DNA of 64,000 nucleotides from Orbicella franksi (Eukaryota): NCBI GenBank assembly GCA_964199315.1, contig OZ116698.1, positions 30,628,001 to 30,692,000 of the forward strand, read 5' to 3'. Shown piece by piece: positions 39,801 to 51,155 of this stretch (position 1 is its first letter; each line of letters starts with the position of its first letter). The notes under the pieces were generated by a model. It saw only the letters and a program-made list of their open reading frames with translations, ran no database searches and was not told where the DNA came from. The position numbers and the translations under genes were made by a program.

Positions 39801-42800
39801 GTTACATTGACCACTACAGATCCAGTTAATGACATTTCTCCAAGCACTACTGTCAGGTTCTCATAACAGTGTTCGGGACAGCTCTTTAGGGAGACCACAC
39901 CAGACTTTGAGCCTACACTGATCACAGCTGAAACCCTTGAAGTACTGATGTACGATAGTATCAGAGTAAAGACACCAGTGGAATTCATTCCTTGCACAAT
40001 GGGAATTGTTGTTGTCCATGTCTTGTTCCCCTAAAATGACATGAAACAAGGTTGAAATCTACTTGGAAGAATGATGGTACTTAAATTATACAACACACAT
40101 TTTTCTCATACCACGTTACCTATATTGACAAAAGTGAAATTCGACTTCTCAAACCCACTAAAAATTCATCAACTTTAAACAAAGGAAATTATAACTGTGA
40201 CAGTGTTTGATTAATTGCTCTTAAAAAAAAAAACATTACAATAATTATTCTAACAAAAGTACTTACTACAAAAGAGAACTAGTGTGTGCATTATTTATAA
40301 ACAGGGTTACTTACTTCTTATAAGTAATATTATTATAGACCAATTATTTTGCAATACCTGCTGAGAGGTGACAACATGGGAGTCCTGACCACTGATAAAG
40401 TGAAGAGTCGGGAAATAGAATCCCACCTGAGGACTGAAAAAAAAACAGAAGGATCAAGGATACTATTATTGTATATGCAAATTAAAATTACATACTGTAA
40501 TACTGGTTGTCTTTACTACAAAAAAATAAATAAAATAAAAATACATTTTAAAAATAAATAACTGAAGAATAGTTCCCTAACAACTGCTACATTATTACAA
40601 TGTAAGTTACATACATGGAGATTGTCTAGCCAGCATGCACAATGGGTGCTAAAAATTGTGTTTCAATAAGTGGACAGAATCACATACTTAGCTATACTAT
40701 TAATTAATAGTATTTTTAAACTGATGTTGCCACTAGTAAATTAAACTAACAGACTCATTTAGAGACTGAGTAAAATACTAACAGCACAAATTTATCAACA
40801 GTTTCAAAGCCCTTTATTAATGAACTGAAAGTATACATCAGAAATTTCAGCCATGTATTGTCACAACTTCCTCAATCAGTAATTAATAAATAAATAATAT
40901 TTATTATTTATTTTAACAAGAAAAGCTTAAACTATTAACCTGTCACACTGTCGTTGGTCAATGTTTCCTTTGCATTCACACTGGCCAGATGTCTTGTTAC
41001 AAACATTATTGTAAGCACCGCCAATATCACATTCACACTCTAGCATGAAATCAGAAAAGAATACTGTAAAATGATTACACTACCATAGCAAGAAACATGA
41101 CAGCATTAAATTTTTAGAATGATGCATTCAGTGGGAGGACAGCAACAATAAATCAAAGAGAAAGAACGTTCCATCCATTAGCTTGTCATCTTTCATTTCC
41201 CTTGAGCCTTCAACCTTGATAACAAGGCCCTGGATAGACAAAAGTCTAGATACTGTAAATCCTCAAATTAGCCCCTCTCCCCCCCCCTTGAATAAGCCCC
41301 CCCTTCAAATAAGCGCCTCTCCTATTGGTCGAAATTTAAAATAAGCGCCCCCCTCTCTTATGAGACAACAAAGGATGTATAGTTTTCATCATGTAGTATT
41401 AGATTTGTACATTGTTCCAGTTTGTGAACATGTTAACTGTACACGATGAACACTTTAAATACTAACAGTGCTGAGATTTAAACTTTGGGATAAGCTTTTT
41501 ATGTCGATAAACAGCTTATGTTGTTGGTTACGCACAGATGACATATTAAAAAAATGACTATGTCAGGCCACAATTTGGAAAAAATTAAATACGTGCCCCC
41601 CCCTTGATTAAGCACCCCCCTTGAATAAGCACCCCACGTCTTCCCCTAAATTTGAAATAAACACCCCGGGCACTAATTCGAGGACTTACTGTACATGTGC
41701 AAGCCATCAACTGGAGCTTATCCCAGTTTCCATAGCATATATTTCTACTTATCCCCTGGATGAGATGCTAGTCCACCACAGGGTTACCCTCAGCATTAAA
41801 TTCACCAGTACCCATTTGTACACATGGGTGGAGAGAGGCACTGTGAGAGTTAAGTGTCTTGCCCAAGAACAGAACACAATGTCCCCAGCCAGAGCAGAAA
41901 CCGGGCCACTAGATCCGGAGTCAAGTGTACTTAATGTCAGGCCACCGCACCTCCACCCTGGATAAACATAGCTTACCAATAACTAAAGGTAAATTTGAAA
42001 TGGTCTGTCTTGAAAACTAAGACCCAGGCTTCTACTATCAGAATGTTTGAATTGTTGGTTTGTTGACTTGCTATATAACGTACATTGTGTATATGCTGTG
42101 GTTTAAATACATCTTTGGTGACAATAGAATTATTTTATTATCTTGCACTAAGAGGTCACCTGTACAGCCATCAATGTTATCTTCTCGCAGGTCATAGTAG
42201 GTATCTTTACATGACATGCAACGCAGTCCTTCAACATTCTTCTTACATGTACAAAGACCTTCTTCATTTGGCTCACATACATTAGAACTATTCACTGTAC
42301 CAGCTGTGAAACAAGTGCATTCTACAAACAAGACAAACACAATAGTTAACACTGCATCATTACTTCAGGCAACAGTGCCTTATAACTGAAATACACAGGG
42401 CTTGAAAAAGTGCTGTCTGATCGTCCGGGACAAGAAGATCTTTCCCGCCAAACAAGTCTTTTTTCATTCTCACTTCTTCATTCTCCCAATGGGCTAGTCT
42501 GCGAAAACAATCATCCTTCTTCGTTCCCCGCCCCATGCAAGAGCCAAGACAAATTGCCACACAGCTAAATAAAAGACTTGCCCGGGGCAAGAAAAATTTG
42601 AAAGCTGCTTGTATGAAGGGCGAGCTGGAATTCAAGATTTTTTTTAGCGCTAAACGCAACTTACAGTAAAAAATGGTTTTGCACTTTAGGATATATTGCT
42701 GTTGTAAGAACAATGTAAAGCTGTCTACTGTATATGATTTTAAGACCAGTCACTCATTTCTGCTTTGCATGGAATTTAAGCAGGGTGGCAGTGAGTGGTT

Positions 42801-45800
42801 CAAGTAGAGAAAGGATATTCTCGAGGACTGGTTATGGCAAAGTTTTAAAATGTGGTTGGTAGAGTGGATATAGCACTTCCTAAGGAAACCAAAGTTATGT
42901 TAAGTGCACTTGGTTTAAGAAAGTGTCTTCTTACTGGCAAATATTTAACAGTGATAAGCTCTTCACAGTCATTGAAATCATTGAAAATTCACACCAAACT
43001 TTGAAATACCAAAAACTAATTTATGGAATCTGTATTGTCTTAAATACCTAACACTTGATTCATCACGAGTGACAAGCAATTGATGCCACAACATACACTA
43101 TATGACTTGACCATCACATAAGTAACTTATAAATTATTGTGCTACCTTGGCAACCAGCTGGGTTATCAGCTGATAAATTGTGATATCCAGGTTTACAAAG
43201 GTCACACCTTCTTCCCATTGTGTTATTTTTACAGATACAGTCGCCAGGTTCCTGAAACAAGCAATTTATAAAATGAAATGTACTAACCACAGTGTTTATA
43301 ACGGTCAAGTTCATGTACTGATGTTTTTCTTTTTCTTTTGATTGGTGCAATATAAAGCATGTGTACACATGTTTTGATTTTCTAGATCCTTCCTGGACTG
43401 TTCAGTTTGCAATTCCAGAGGAAATTTGAGTTCAGACATCTTTCTTCACATTATACATGTACACAATCCCAAATTTCCTTTCAAAACAGTGGTTTGACAG
43501 ACATGTGTAATTTACCATAACAGTCTGTAATGGTTCACAAATCACTGATATTACTGAGAAGTCTTATCCAAGCTGGAAAATACTGCAAATCATATACATT
43601 CTGTTCTAAAGATCAATGCAGGTCTGTTGATCAGTGCTCACCATTCCGGGACGTGGAGGAGTCGTATTCTCATCTCTTAAACAATCAAGATATAATACTC
43701 CTGGAAGAGTTGCATTTTTAGTCCCTGCGACGCTGCAGTTACAAACTAAAAGGAACAAATTAAAAAGAAATCAATACGAAAAACACAGTGTAAATATCAT
43801 GAACTGTCAGAGCTGGTTGGTTTCTGGCTATTACATGTACATCTTAAGCAAATGACTACAACTTGAAGGCAAACTGAAATGCTGTTCCCCATCTGGTGTA
43901 CATGTAGGCCATGAAAAAGGACTTGCACGCAAATCATGAAAGTTGGCAGGACTTAATGAAATCTATTTTTAAACAATTTCATAACATGCCTAATAATACA
44001 CATGAAAAAATTACTCGATTCTGATTGGCTAAGAGCAGTGCAGTTCAAGTGTAACACCAGTGCAAAAAGTGTAACATCAGTGCAAAAAGTGTAACACCAG
44101 TGCAAATTACACATCAAAATTCTGGATTATGATTGACTGAAAGATAATAGGAATTTTTCTAAGAAAATGATGACAAAAATTTTGTGTTGAAACTTTGAAA
44201 AAAGTTTTCTCAAATAAGAAAAAATGGCTCCAAGAAAGATCTTCCGGCACTTCCTCTGCGCGAATTTTTTCATGTTTATATTATTAATAAGTAATCATAC
44301 GGTTTTTCTCGTTCAATTTGGAGTTAATTTGCACTTGTGAGTTTTTCAAAAAGCTGAAATTACACTCGCCGAAGCGGCTCGTGCAATTTCAGCTTTTTGA
44401 AAAACTCACTCGTGCAAATTAATTCCAAATTGAACTCGAAACCGTATGATTACCTATACAAATTGTAGAACACAAAGAATTAATTTACGAGAGACACATG
44501 CTTTACAAAGTGGATGTAAACTTGAATATGCAATTATACCTTTACAAGCATCTTTAATTGATTGCGATGTATTTCTTGGTCGATAGAAAAAAGGCGAACA
44601 CTTTTCACAATTTATCCCTTCAGTGTTGTCCTAGAAGGATATACAATGCAATAAGGATCAGTACAGTCCTATTGCATTCTTATAGTTATAGAATGATATA
44701 ATATCATATAATATACTGTCTTATAAATAAAGTGGCTCACAATGGTCTCTTGCATATTTCAGCACTTCTGCTTTGTTGAATCAATACAATACAACCACTG
44801 AGTCACACACAAACAGAATTGCGTGAGCGATGCACAGCACTTCTGTTTTTTTTTTTCCTTCAAAATGCTTGTAAATCCAATCAAGCAAACTTATCATAGC
44901 CCACATACCCAGGATCCATCTAGTTCCAAATGCTGTCATTCTGGTAGAATTCTGTATTAAGTGTTTGTGTTAGTTCTCTTTCTCCTAGCCTAACTTCCTG
45001 TAGTATTATTGTACTCATGATCTATTTGGTTGTTATATTCTATTCAGGACCAAACTTGTAATAGTGCAATCATACAATAAATCAGACAATATTTAAAGTA
45101 GTGATCCAGTTTAACTCCCACTTGAAAAAATTGGCTTCTATCAACTGTGACAGTGAGGTGATAACACTCTCAGTCGAATAAACATTGATTATACCAAATG
45201 TACCTCGCAGTTTTGACAGACTCCTCCACCAGAAAAGTTTCCATGGATGTCTAAACTCATATTCATCTGTGCAACTGTTTCATTATAAACACACACTGAA
45301 CTGTGGCCATGACAGTTACAAACTGTAAACAAAAACAGCACCCTAATTTCAAATTGATTTTACTAGATAGGGTTGAATTAATAATAATAATTAACAAATA
45401 TTTGAGATAAGACAAATTAACTGAAGTAGCAAAGTGTTTAACTGAAATAAAATATTTACAATAATTATTTACTGTTTTAAGCCTTACGTTGACATACTGC
45501 ATCCTTGTCAGCAAACAGAGGACCCTTGTTTCCTGGTTTCCATGGATACTGATTATAAGCAGGACAGCACATGCCGCAATCTATACCACAAGCTCCCTGC
45601 TGGCATTTACACTGATTGTCACCCAGTGTGGCATTGTAAAAACACTCAGACCCATTTCCCTGTCCATTGCACAGGCAGTAAGCATCTACCTCGACTTCTC
45701 TAACTGCATAGTGATGCTATGAAGAATACAACATCACATTGAGTGTCAAGGAACCAAAACCAGAGTAATCACTCTGGCCAATAACAAGGGACTGACAAAC

Positions 45801-48800
45801 AATCCAATGAACCAATCAGTCTGAATCCAAACATGAAGTACACGCAAATTGTACATGAAAACAGCAAAAAAAGAGAGGAAAAGCATGCAAATCAGTCACA
45901 ATTGGTTTAACAGAATACTTCTGATTGGATGACAAAGTGACAAATCTCTTTCAAAACTCATGAGATTGAGATTTGACTGCCCATATCAAGGAGACCAAAA
46001 GTGATAAATTTTCTTATTATCCAACTGCAGCGAATACCGTCCAAATAACAGTTACTGTACAAATATACAGCGATATTGTACAGTAGAAAACCTGTTTGTC
46101 GTACAGGTCGGCGCACGCAAGCAAAACTGTGACCGTCTCTCCCTCTTTCATTGATAAATTCATTGACTACAGTAGTTTGATAATAAATCTCGTATTAGAT
46201 GTTTTGGTGTGTAGCATCGCTTTATATTTTTACTCATCGTTTGTATTTTGACTCGCCCTACAGGCTCATCAAAATATGGCACAACTTGTGAAAATATAGT
46301 GCAATACTACACACCAAAACATCTAACAAGATATATATATCTTGGTTCCTCCTTGATTATCCAGAGAGTTGGTGGTTGTGATATTCCTCTATTCCTATCA
46401 CTCGGTAAGACACCTCTCCTTGGAAGAAAGCAGATAGTCAAATCCTTTAACCCGTCTTCTAAAGACAACTGGATCACGCAATGTAGTGTTGTGAAATAAA
46501 TATACCAATTAAAAGAACTTGGAAACTCCATGATAACAGGTTTATTCTTACCCATCTCTCAGCATATAGATCAAACATCAGGTGAAGTGACATAAAATCC
46601 AGCCGTATATTGGTAACATTCATCCATTGCTGAGACAAATACAAATGTACAATGTACAGTACATTAGTCATTAGCTTCATACAGAACACTGATCAGAGCT
46701 ATATTACAGTCAAACCTCTATTACACAGCCACCCCTTATTAAGAGGCCAGTTACCAAAGTCCCGAAATCATTGTCAGTAAAATGCTGTAAATAAAACCCC
46801 CTACTAACTGGCTACCTTTGTTGAGTGGCCACAGCCACCTTTTGATCGTCCCGATGAGGGTTTTCCTATTGCCTTTACCCCTCTTACACACCCACTCAAA
46901 ATTTAATACACATAGTTTGTCTTTTTTTGGAAAAGGTAATAACAGATAAGAGTCCAATTAAGGGATGATTGATAAAAACATTCAAACACACATTTATCAT
47001 GATTGTCTTGATGTGATTCCATATTCACTAAGCAGTTAACTCAATGGTAAAAAATATTCAAAGTCCACCAATCCCTATTACGCGGCCACCTCCTGTTTCC
47101 CCAAGGGTGGCCACTTTATTTTATAAAATATTAATAGGATGTATTTATTTTTGTAGTACCTACACATGCAAATTAAAATAATTGTGCAGAGACTGCCGCT
47201 GTCAATATTCTTCAGCTGTTATTTTTGGAAGGTTCTTTAAACCTCTGTTCACGCATATTCTCTAGTTCTTAAATATTCCCAGAGGCATGTCGCAAATGAG
47301 TGAATTGCATAATTTTAACCATCAATCATCAATTATACCATTACCGAAAATCCTTGAATTAGCACCTCCTCTCAAATAAACAACCCTCCTATCGACCAAA
47401 ATTTAAAATAAGGACCTCCCCTCGAATAGGCACCCCCCTCCCCTATCCCTGTTTTATATGCAAGAGTACTTAGAGAACAGAGGATATATTAGTTTTGTTC
47501 ATGTTCAATCACAAGCAAGTGATCTCCTTCAAAGCAACTCCTTCAAAGGCCTAGACTAGCTAAAGGGGTTATATCACGTACATGTAGTTCAAGAGAGCCA
47601 GAATATCCTTCTGAGACTTCTGAGGGACTGACACATACATACATGTATATTACAAAAACACCAATGGTATCTGACCACAATTTGGGAAAAAGTAAATAAG
47701 CGCCCTCCTCAATTAAGCGCTCCTCGTCTTCTCCTAAATTTGAATAGAGTGCTCTGGGCACTAATTCAAGGATTTACAGTACATGTGTCAAAACTTAAAT
47801 CTAATGCATGTCATAATTATCATGATTAAATTTCAACAGGACATTAATCAGCATCAGAACAAACCAGCAGTTCATTAGAAGGATTCATAACATCTCCTCT
47901 TGGACCAACCACAAACAAGGAGACCTGAAAGACAAAAAACACCTCAGCTTCTTTCTACAGAGAGATTAACTGAATATCAGAAGTGAGATAAACCTACCTG
48001 CCAGGGAGTTTTTTTACAATCACATATAAATGCCAAGTTTAACAATAGTAAATACTTTTACAGATAGTATACATTATGTGATTGGTCATTTTTAAAGACC
48101 TATCATATCCTAAAGTATGACCCATTTCAATGTGCTTAAGTTGAAAAGGCTTTTCTTTCCCCAAAGTGAGAGATAAAAGCTTACTAACTTATTTCTCAGT
48201 TCATGCTGTAAGAAAGAGACCTTTTTATGTTTGTCTGTTTGCTTTTTTCGTTATTTCTATTTTTCATGTACAATCAATTAAATTGACCTGCAAAAATAAA
48301 AATAAGCAAACAATTTCTTGTGGAAGACTGACAAGGTGTTAGTAACTGTCTATCCCTACAGTGTATGATTTCATAATGTCAATGTTGATCTTTACACCGT
48401 AGCAAACTTATTGCTTTGAGGGTGAATTGTATCAACAACAGTATCACTTGAAAACTTGTTAGTCTACAACATTCAAGGGTTGGTGAAGTATTCTCAGCCA
48501 TAACAGGAGTTACAGGTCATGGAGCCCTATTAATTAATGAAAGCCCTGAATGTGGTATAATAATTCACTGACGACTGAACCAAAAAAATTGTTAGTGATG
48601 AATGGAAAAATCTTCAGTATGAAATGATTATAAATACATACCTCATCATTTCGATCAACTTGTGGAGTTGTATACACCATACAAAGGACCTGATCTACTG
48701 TAACTGGATTGTTGATAATTGGCCTATTAAACTTGTCCTGGCATTCATTAGGATCGGCAGTTGACACAAAGTAATGCCACGGCTCATAAGTCTGACCATA

Positions 48801-50101
48801 ATCGCTGGACTTGTAGAAGGCAAGTTGACCAGGACGGAAGTATTCACCAAAACGAATCACCAGCTTGTTTGCATAGTAAAACTGGTAGAGCAAAATAACA
48901 AAATGAACTGATTTATTTTACCCAGCGCTCTTGGCATCAGGCTTAAAACCAGATGGGTATCTGTGGACCCTGAAAAAACCCCACTTTTTGGAGAATCTGG
49001 ATTGTTAGGGAGCTGTACAGCTACACAAGGTAATTTTGCTTCCAACTTGTCTCACAATTTTATAGCGCTGTTGCAAGAGAAGTTGCATTAAACATTAAAT
49101 AATGTATATCCCCTTAGCTTACTGCAACAAAAATGTTCACTTCAGGGATGTCACAACTTGTGTCCCAAAAAAATTGGGAGATATAACAAAGTTACAAGAA
49201 ACGTCACATCACACACACCAACAACAATCAACGTCAGTTCACTAACTGACTGAAATTGCTTTTTTTTAAATAATTAATTTTCGCTGATTTATGCATGTTA
49301 GGGACCTAGACAAAGAAATACTCACTTATAATTGAAGTCAAAATAGTCATCCAAAAATACTATGGAATATTCAACCCGTTTAAATGTAAATTACATTGGC
49401 ATATAAAAGGAGATAAGTTAGAATGTACAAATCGCTACATGGAATAGACTAATTAATCTTAACTAGCTATAAAAGCTGAGTGGCTGAGTCCACCAGCCAT
49501 ACACAATTTAGCGACGGAGGAATTTGAATGTAACGGTACAGAATGGGTGATCAAATCAAAAGATAGATGAGTAAAACTGTCGCGATCAACAACCTGAATG
49601 GCGTTCTTAATTCTTGCTATCACTCATTCAGATGACAAAGTTAACAACGAAGCAGCCCTACTGAGAAGACAAAGAAGTGTTTACGCAGAGCTATGCAATC
49701 GAAGCTCGGTTTTAACAACTGCATTTTACAAACAGAATATAAAATATTTCACTGGATCGAAGCTTCTCACTTACCTTTTGATGTTCTCCTCGAAGATCAA
49801 TGGTGATCGAGACGTTATCGATAGAATTCGGAGCCTGCCACCATGTGGCTAACTCGCCATCCACCATTTGTGATGCGTTATGCGAAAGACTGGCATTTGA
49901 TGCATCGCAGTAAGACACGTCTCTCTGTCGAGGAGGTTTGTTCCTTTCCGTAACGCTGAAATAGTCTTCCACTCCGGACAAACCACAAGTCGCGCTTGCT
50001 GTAATAGGCTTAAAAAGAGTCACATTTGCTGCCCAAGTTATCGCATGGAAATGGATGGCAACAAATACCAAGGTAATCCAAAATATTTTCCATGTCGCCA
50101 T
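6478..50101 (-). CDS. LAMA: Laminin subunit alpha (alpha3/5-like architecture), 59 exons, ~3000 aa
   Basis: Exons (all GT-AG, phases match, 9003 nt incl. stop): 49775-50101, 48642-48881, 47865-47924, 46552-46629, 45488-45716, 45204-45322, 44540-44630, 43642-43745, 43146-43251, 42160-42321, 40940-41039, 40358-40433, 39586-40030, 39062-39205, 38455-38591, 37935-37999, 36923-37073, 36088-36228, 34962-35045, 34126-34221, 33312-33407, 32761-32844, 32047-32177, 31462-31573, 31114-31233, 30582-30706, 30070-30150, 29416-29609, 28516-28622, 27733-27910, 27092-27238, 25679-25833, 25000-25104, 23927-24038, 22786-23132, 21958-22074, 21449-21609, 21177-21315, 20901-21012, 20043-20369, 19314-19468, 18646-18804, 18059-18195, 17253-17406, 16706-16824, 16139-16307, 15249-15526, 14692-14848, 13383-13511, 12754-12902, 12019-12198, 10866-11105, 10451-10652, 9386-9544, 8979-9061, 8287-8387, 8051-8184, 7157-7400, 6478-6626. 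Begins [24 protein letters not shown] (signal peptide) and ends ...[10 protein letters not shown]...VQKGCNAPR*. Confidence 0.95.
8567..8733. mobile_element. MITE
   Basis: TIR GGCCATTTGCGAGTT / AACTCGAAAATGGCC. Confidence 0.65.
9749..9956. mobile_element. MITE
   Basis: TIR AGCCTGGTTCACACTAGCGAC / GTCGCTTGTGTGAACTAGGCT. Confidence 0.7.
13075..13339 (-). mobile_element. SINE of a second family (decayed tRNA head)
   Basis: Plus-strand end ...gcgggacttgaacccgg...taaccactcgaacacgctgcctcc is the reverse complement of a B-box/A-box head; AT-rich tail at ~13075. Confidence 0.55.
14085..14610. mobile_element. Composite tRNA-derived repeat: inverted pair of tRNA(Thr-GGT)-like heads plus duplicated tail
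   Basis: Forward cloverleaf-like copy at 14438-14510; reverse, truncated copy at 14151-14210. The ~110-bp tail is repeated directly at ~14248-14358 and ~14498-14608 and inverted at ~14085-14150. Confidence 0.8.
17009..17215 (-). mobile_element. LINE-type 3' end with (GTT)n tail
   Basis: On the minus strand, AATAAA is followed by (GTT)n; the (AAC)n tract lies at ~17009-17035. Confidence 0.5.
19314..25833 (-). CDS. LAMA: Laminin alpha exons 32-41: coiled-coil region (domains I/II), ~575 aa
   Basis: CPLC motif followed by heptad-like helical, Cys-free sequence ending [17 protein letters not shown], typical of the alpha-chain segment before LG1. Confidence 0.88.
22283..22410 (-). mobile_element. 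Degraded partial copy of the same SINE core
   Basis: cctggatgggat...tacatgggaggataggagcactctgaaagtgaagtgtttggctaaag aligns loosely to the 1079-1376 core. Confidence 0.45.
22443..22750. mobile_element. MITE, degraded
   Basis: Ends GGGAGACTACCATGTGAAAAG / CTTTTCATATGGAACTAGCCCC. Confidence 0.5.
25136..25436. mobile_element. pogo/Tigger-like MITE
   Basis: Ends CAGTCAAACCTCT / AGATTCGACTG. A related left end is at ~46706. Confidence 0.6.
26731..26844. repeat. Long palindrome/hairpin
   Basis: Arms AACAATTATTCCAT...GTTGGATATGAAGTGAT...AACCAA and its reverse complement; apex CGAG-CGCGTAGCG-CGAG. Confidence 0.9.
27092..31233 (-). CDS. LAMA: Laminin alpha exons 25-31: third LE array
   Basis: [73 protein letters not shown]...[15 protein letters not shown]. 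Confidence 0.94.
28137..28287. mobile_element. MITE with internal GGATAA/TTATCC repeats
   Basis: Ends GGCCCACTTGCTCAAAGGGTGGACAACGCTATC / GATAGCGTTATCCATCCTTTGTGCCAACTGGCC. Confidence 0.6.
31462..39205 (-). CDS. LAMA: Laminin alpha exons 14-24: second LE array (4 repeats) and L4b (laminin IV/B) domain
   Basis: LE repeats (CSCDMTGS..., CNCDRNGS...), then [61 protein letters not shown]. Confidence 0.92.
36339..36499. mobile_element. MITE
   Basis: TIR CAGGGGGCAGATCCAG / CTAGATCCACCCCTG. Confidence 0.6.
37445..37520. repeat. Palindrome/hairpin ending an element at ~37170-37560
   Basis: GTAATCATAC...TTAACAAATCAGAC / GTCTGATTTTGTTAA...GTATGATTAC. Confidence 0.85.
39586..40433 (-). CDS. LAMA: Laminin alpha exons 12-13: short (~175 aa) L4a/LF-like globular insert
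   Basis: Starts with GFYFPTLH and ends with [19 protein letters not shown]-(SC), the boundary motifs I recall for the alpha3/5-type first globular domain. Confidence 0.75.
40940..45716 (-). CDS. LAMA: Laminin alpha exons 5-11: first laminin EGF-like (LE) array, ~5 repeats
   Basis: 8-Cys LE repeats, e.g. [62 protein letters not shown]. Confidence 0.93.
41251..41693. mobile_element. MITE with TAC(C/T)GTAAATCCT ends
   Basis: TIR tactgtaaatcctcaaatta / taattcgaggacttactgta, with internal AATAAGCGCCCC repeats. Confidence 0.7.
41700..41951 (-). mobile_element. Second copy of the same tRNA-derived SINE
   Basis: Clearly homologous to 1079-1376 along its length. Confidence 0.85.
44291..44453. repeat. 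Long palindrome/hairpin ending an element at ~44010-44460
   Basis: GTAATCATACGGTTT...AAAGCTGAAATT / AATTTCAGCTTT...ACCGTATGATTAC; apex CTCG-CCGAAGCGG-CTCG. The element also carries three copies of a 20-bp tandem unit at ~44049-44108. Confidence 0.9.
46187..46332. repeat. Diverged palindrome/hairpin
   Basis: TTAGATGTTTTGGTGTGTAG / CTACACACCAAAACATCTAA; apex CTCG-CCCTACAGG-CTCA. Confidence 0.8.
46552..50101 (-). CDS. LAMA: Laminin alpha exons 1-4: signal peptide and laminin N-terminal (LN) domain
   Basis: Motifs [66 protein letters not shown]. Confidence 0.95.
47342..47781. mobile_element. Second copy of the 41251-41693 MITE family
   Basis: TIR taccgaaaatccttgaatta / taattcaaggatttacagta, with the same internal repeats. 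Confidence 0.7.
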
Positions 50102-50459
50102 CTTTGACGTTTGGCTTTCGATCTATTGGAGACGCTTGTTCGCTGCTAAGGAAATGGAATTTGATAGGTTACATAAATTATGCAAATGACTCTTTGAACA
50201 TAATCCAACCGTCACCGCCTATTAGTTCAAAGTCACTTCTTTAGCCTCTTCCAGTCTGTCGTGTTCATCTCTTGAATGGCTATTTTGACCATTCTCTTTT
50301 GAAGTATTAACACCCAAACCAAAGATGGAAGGAACGAATATTGTACAAAAATTTGTGGAGATTTTTCCGCCAGTTGCGAGCGCGCTTTTCACTGGACGAG
50401 AAGCCTGGGAGGTAAAAGGCTTGGTAGCCAGGCCAGGTTCTCAAGGTCGCGATGATGTG

Positions 50460-50834
50460 TCATACCTGATGTGTCATCAGGATGTCACAAAAAGCACTAT
50501 TTTCGTCACTCCAAACACCATATCCCCTCAAGACATAAAATAACTGTTCAACGTTTATGTCCCGCGTTGCAAAGAGGCCAGTTTCCCAACAAGCTTTCGT
50601 AAAATCTCCATGCCAAGATGAATGCAAGCCAGTATTCCGACACTGAAATGAATATCTGAGCCAAATGTATACCCTCCTGCCCCTCCAGAAAGAGAGGGGG
50701 AGCACAAATAACTACAGAGTTTGTGGGGTTTATTCCCCAGAGCCTAGTGCTGAGGTCTATTGTGCTAGGCAGAATTTTGATACCATCGAAATTGGTCTAT
50801 TTCATGGCAATCCGCCAAATTGGCACACCCTATA
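50460..50834 (+). pseudogene. Decayed frizzled-type cysteine-rich domain (FZ/CRD) coding fragment
   Basis: Across 2 stops and 1 frameshift it reads ...LFNVYVPRC...PCQDECKPVFRH*NEYLSQMY...YRVCGVYSPEPSAEVYC. This matches the FZ spacing y.P.C...PC-x3-C-x6-C, with TGA at the expected Cys. Confidence 0.5.
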
Positions 50835-50836
50835 AA
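50831..50836 (+). promoter_or_regulatory. Candidate TATA box for the Cys-rich peptide gene
   Basis: TATAAA (a second one at 50871) upstream of a candidate 5'UTR donor (tct|gtaagg, 50899) and the acceptor at 51131. Confidence 0.3.
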
Positions 50837-51155
50837 TTCATTCAAGGAGATACGTAAAATGTAGCCTGCATATAAACTGCTGGCAAGCGGGTTTTTCTGT
50901 AAGGGTCACATAGACGAATGTTTAGCAATCTAAAGGACTCTATGGCCGAGTAGGAAATGAGACGAGACTGTCTTGTGCATGCCACGGCCATGTCTAGTCC
51001 CATTCCTCTTTGGGCTAAAGCGTCTGGCATCTCAAATCACTTAGCTTAGAATGAAATTCCGAACTTAACTAATCGAGTATCCAGTGTGACCGATATGCTC
51101 ATTTGTCTTCTGTCTTCATGTCTTTCTTTAGATTTTTCTCAACCTCACTAGTTTC

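Noticed and set aside
43516-43582. AG...GT-bounded candidate exon after laminin exon 8
   Set aside because: In-frame TGA and a length not divisible by 3.
44049-44108. CRISPR-like direct repeats
   Set aside because: Three abutting 20-bp units with no spacers, inside a eukaryotic repeat element.
50180-50187. Octamer ATGCAAAT upstream of the laminin ATG
   Set aside because: A single 8-mer in AT-rich DNA is expected by chance; there is no independent support.
50644-50646. TGA at a conserved Cys position read as selenocysteine
   Set aside because: The same fragment has a TAA stop and a frameshift, so simple decay explains it.
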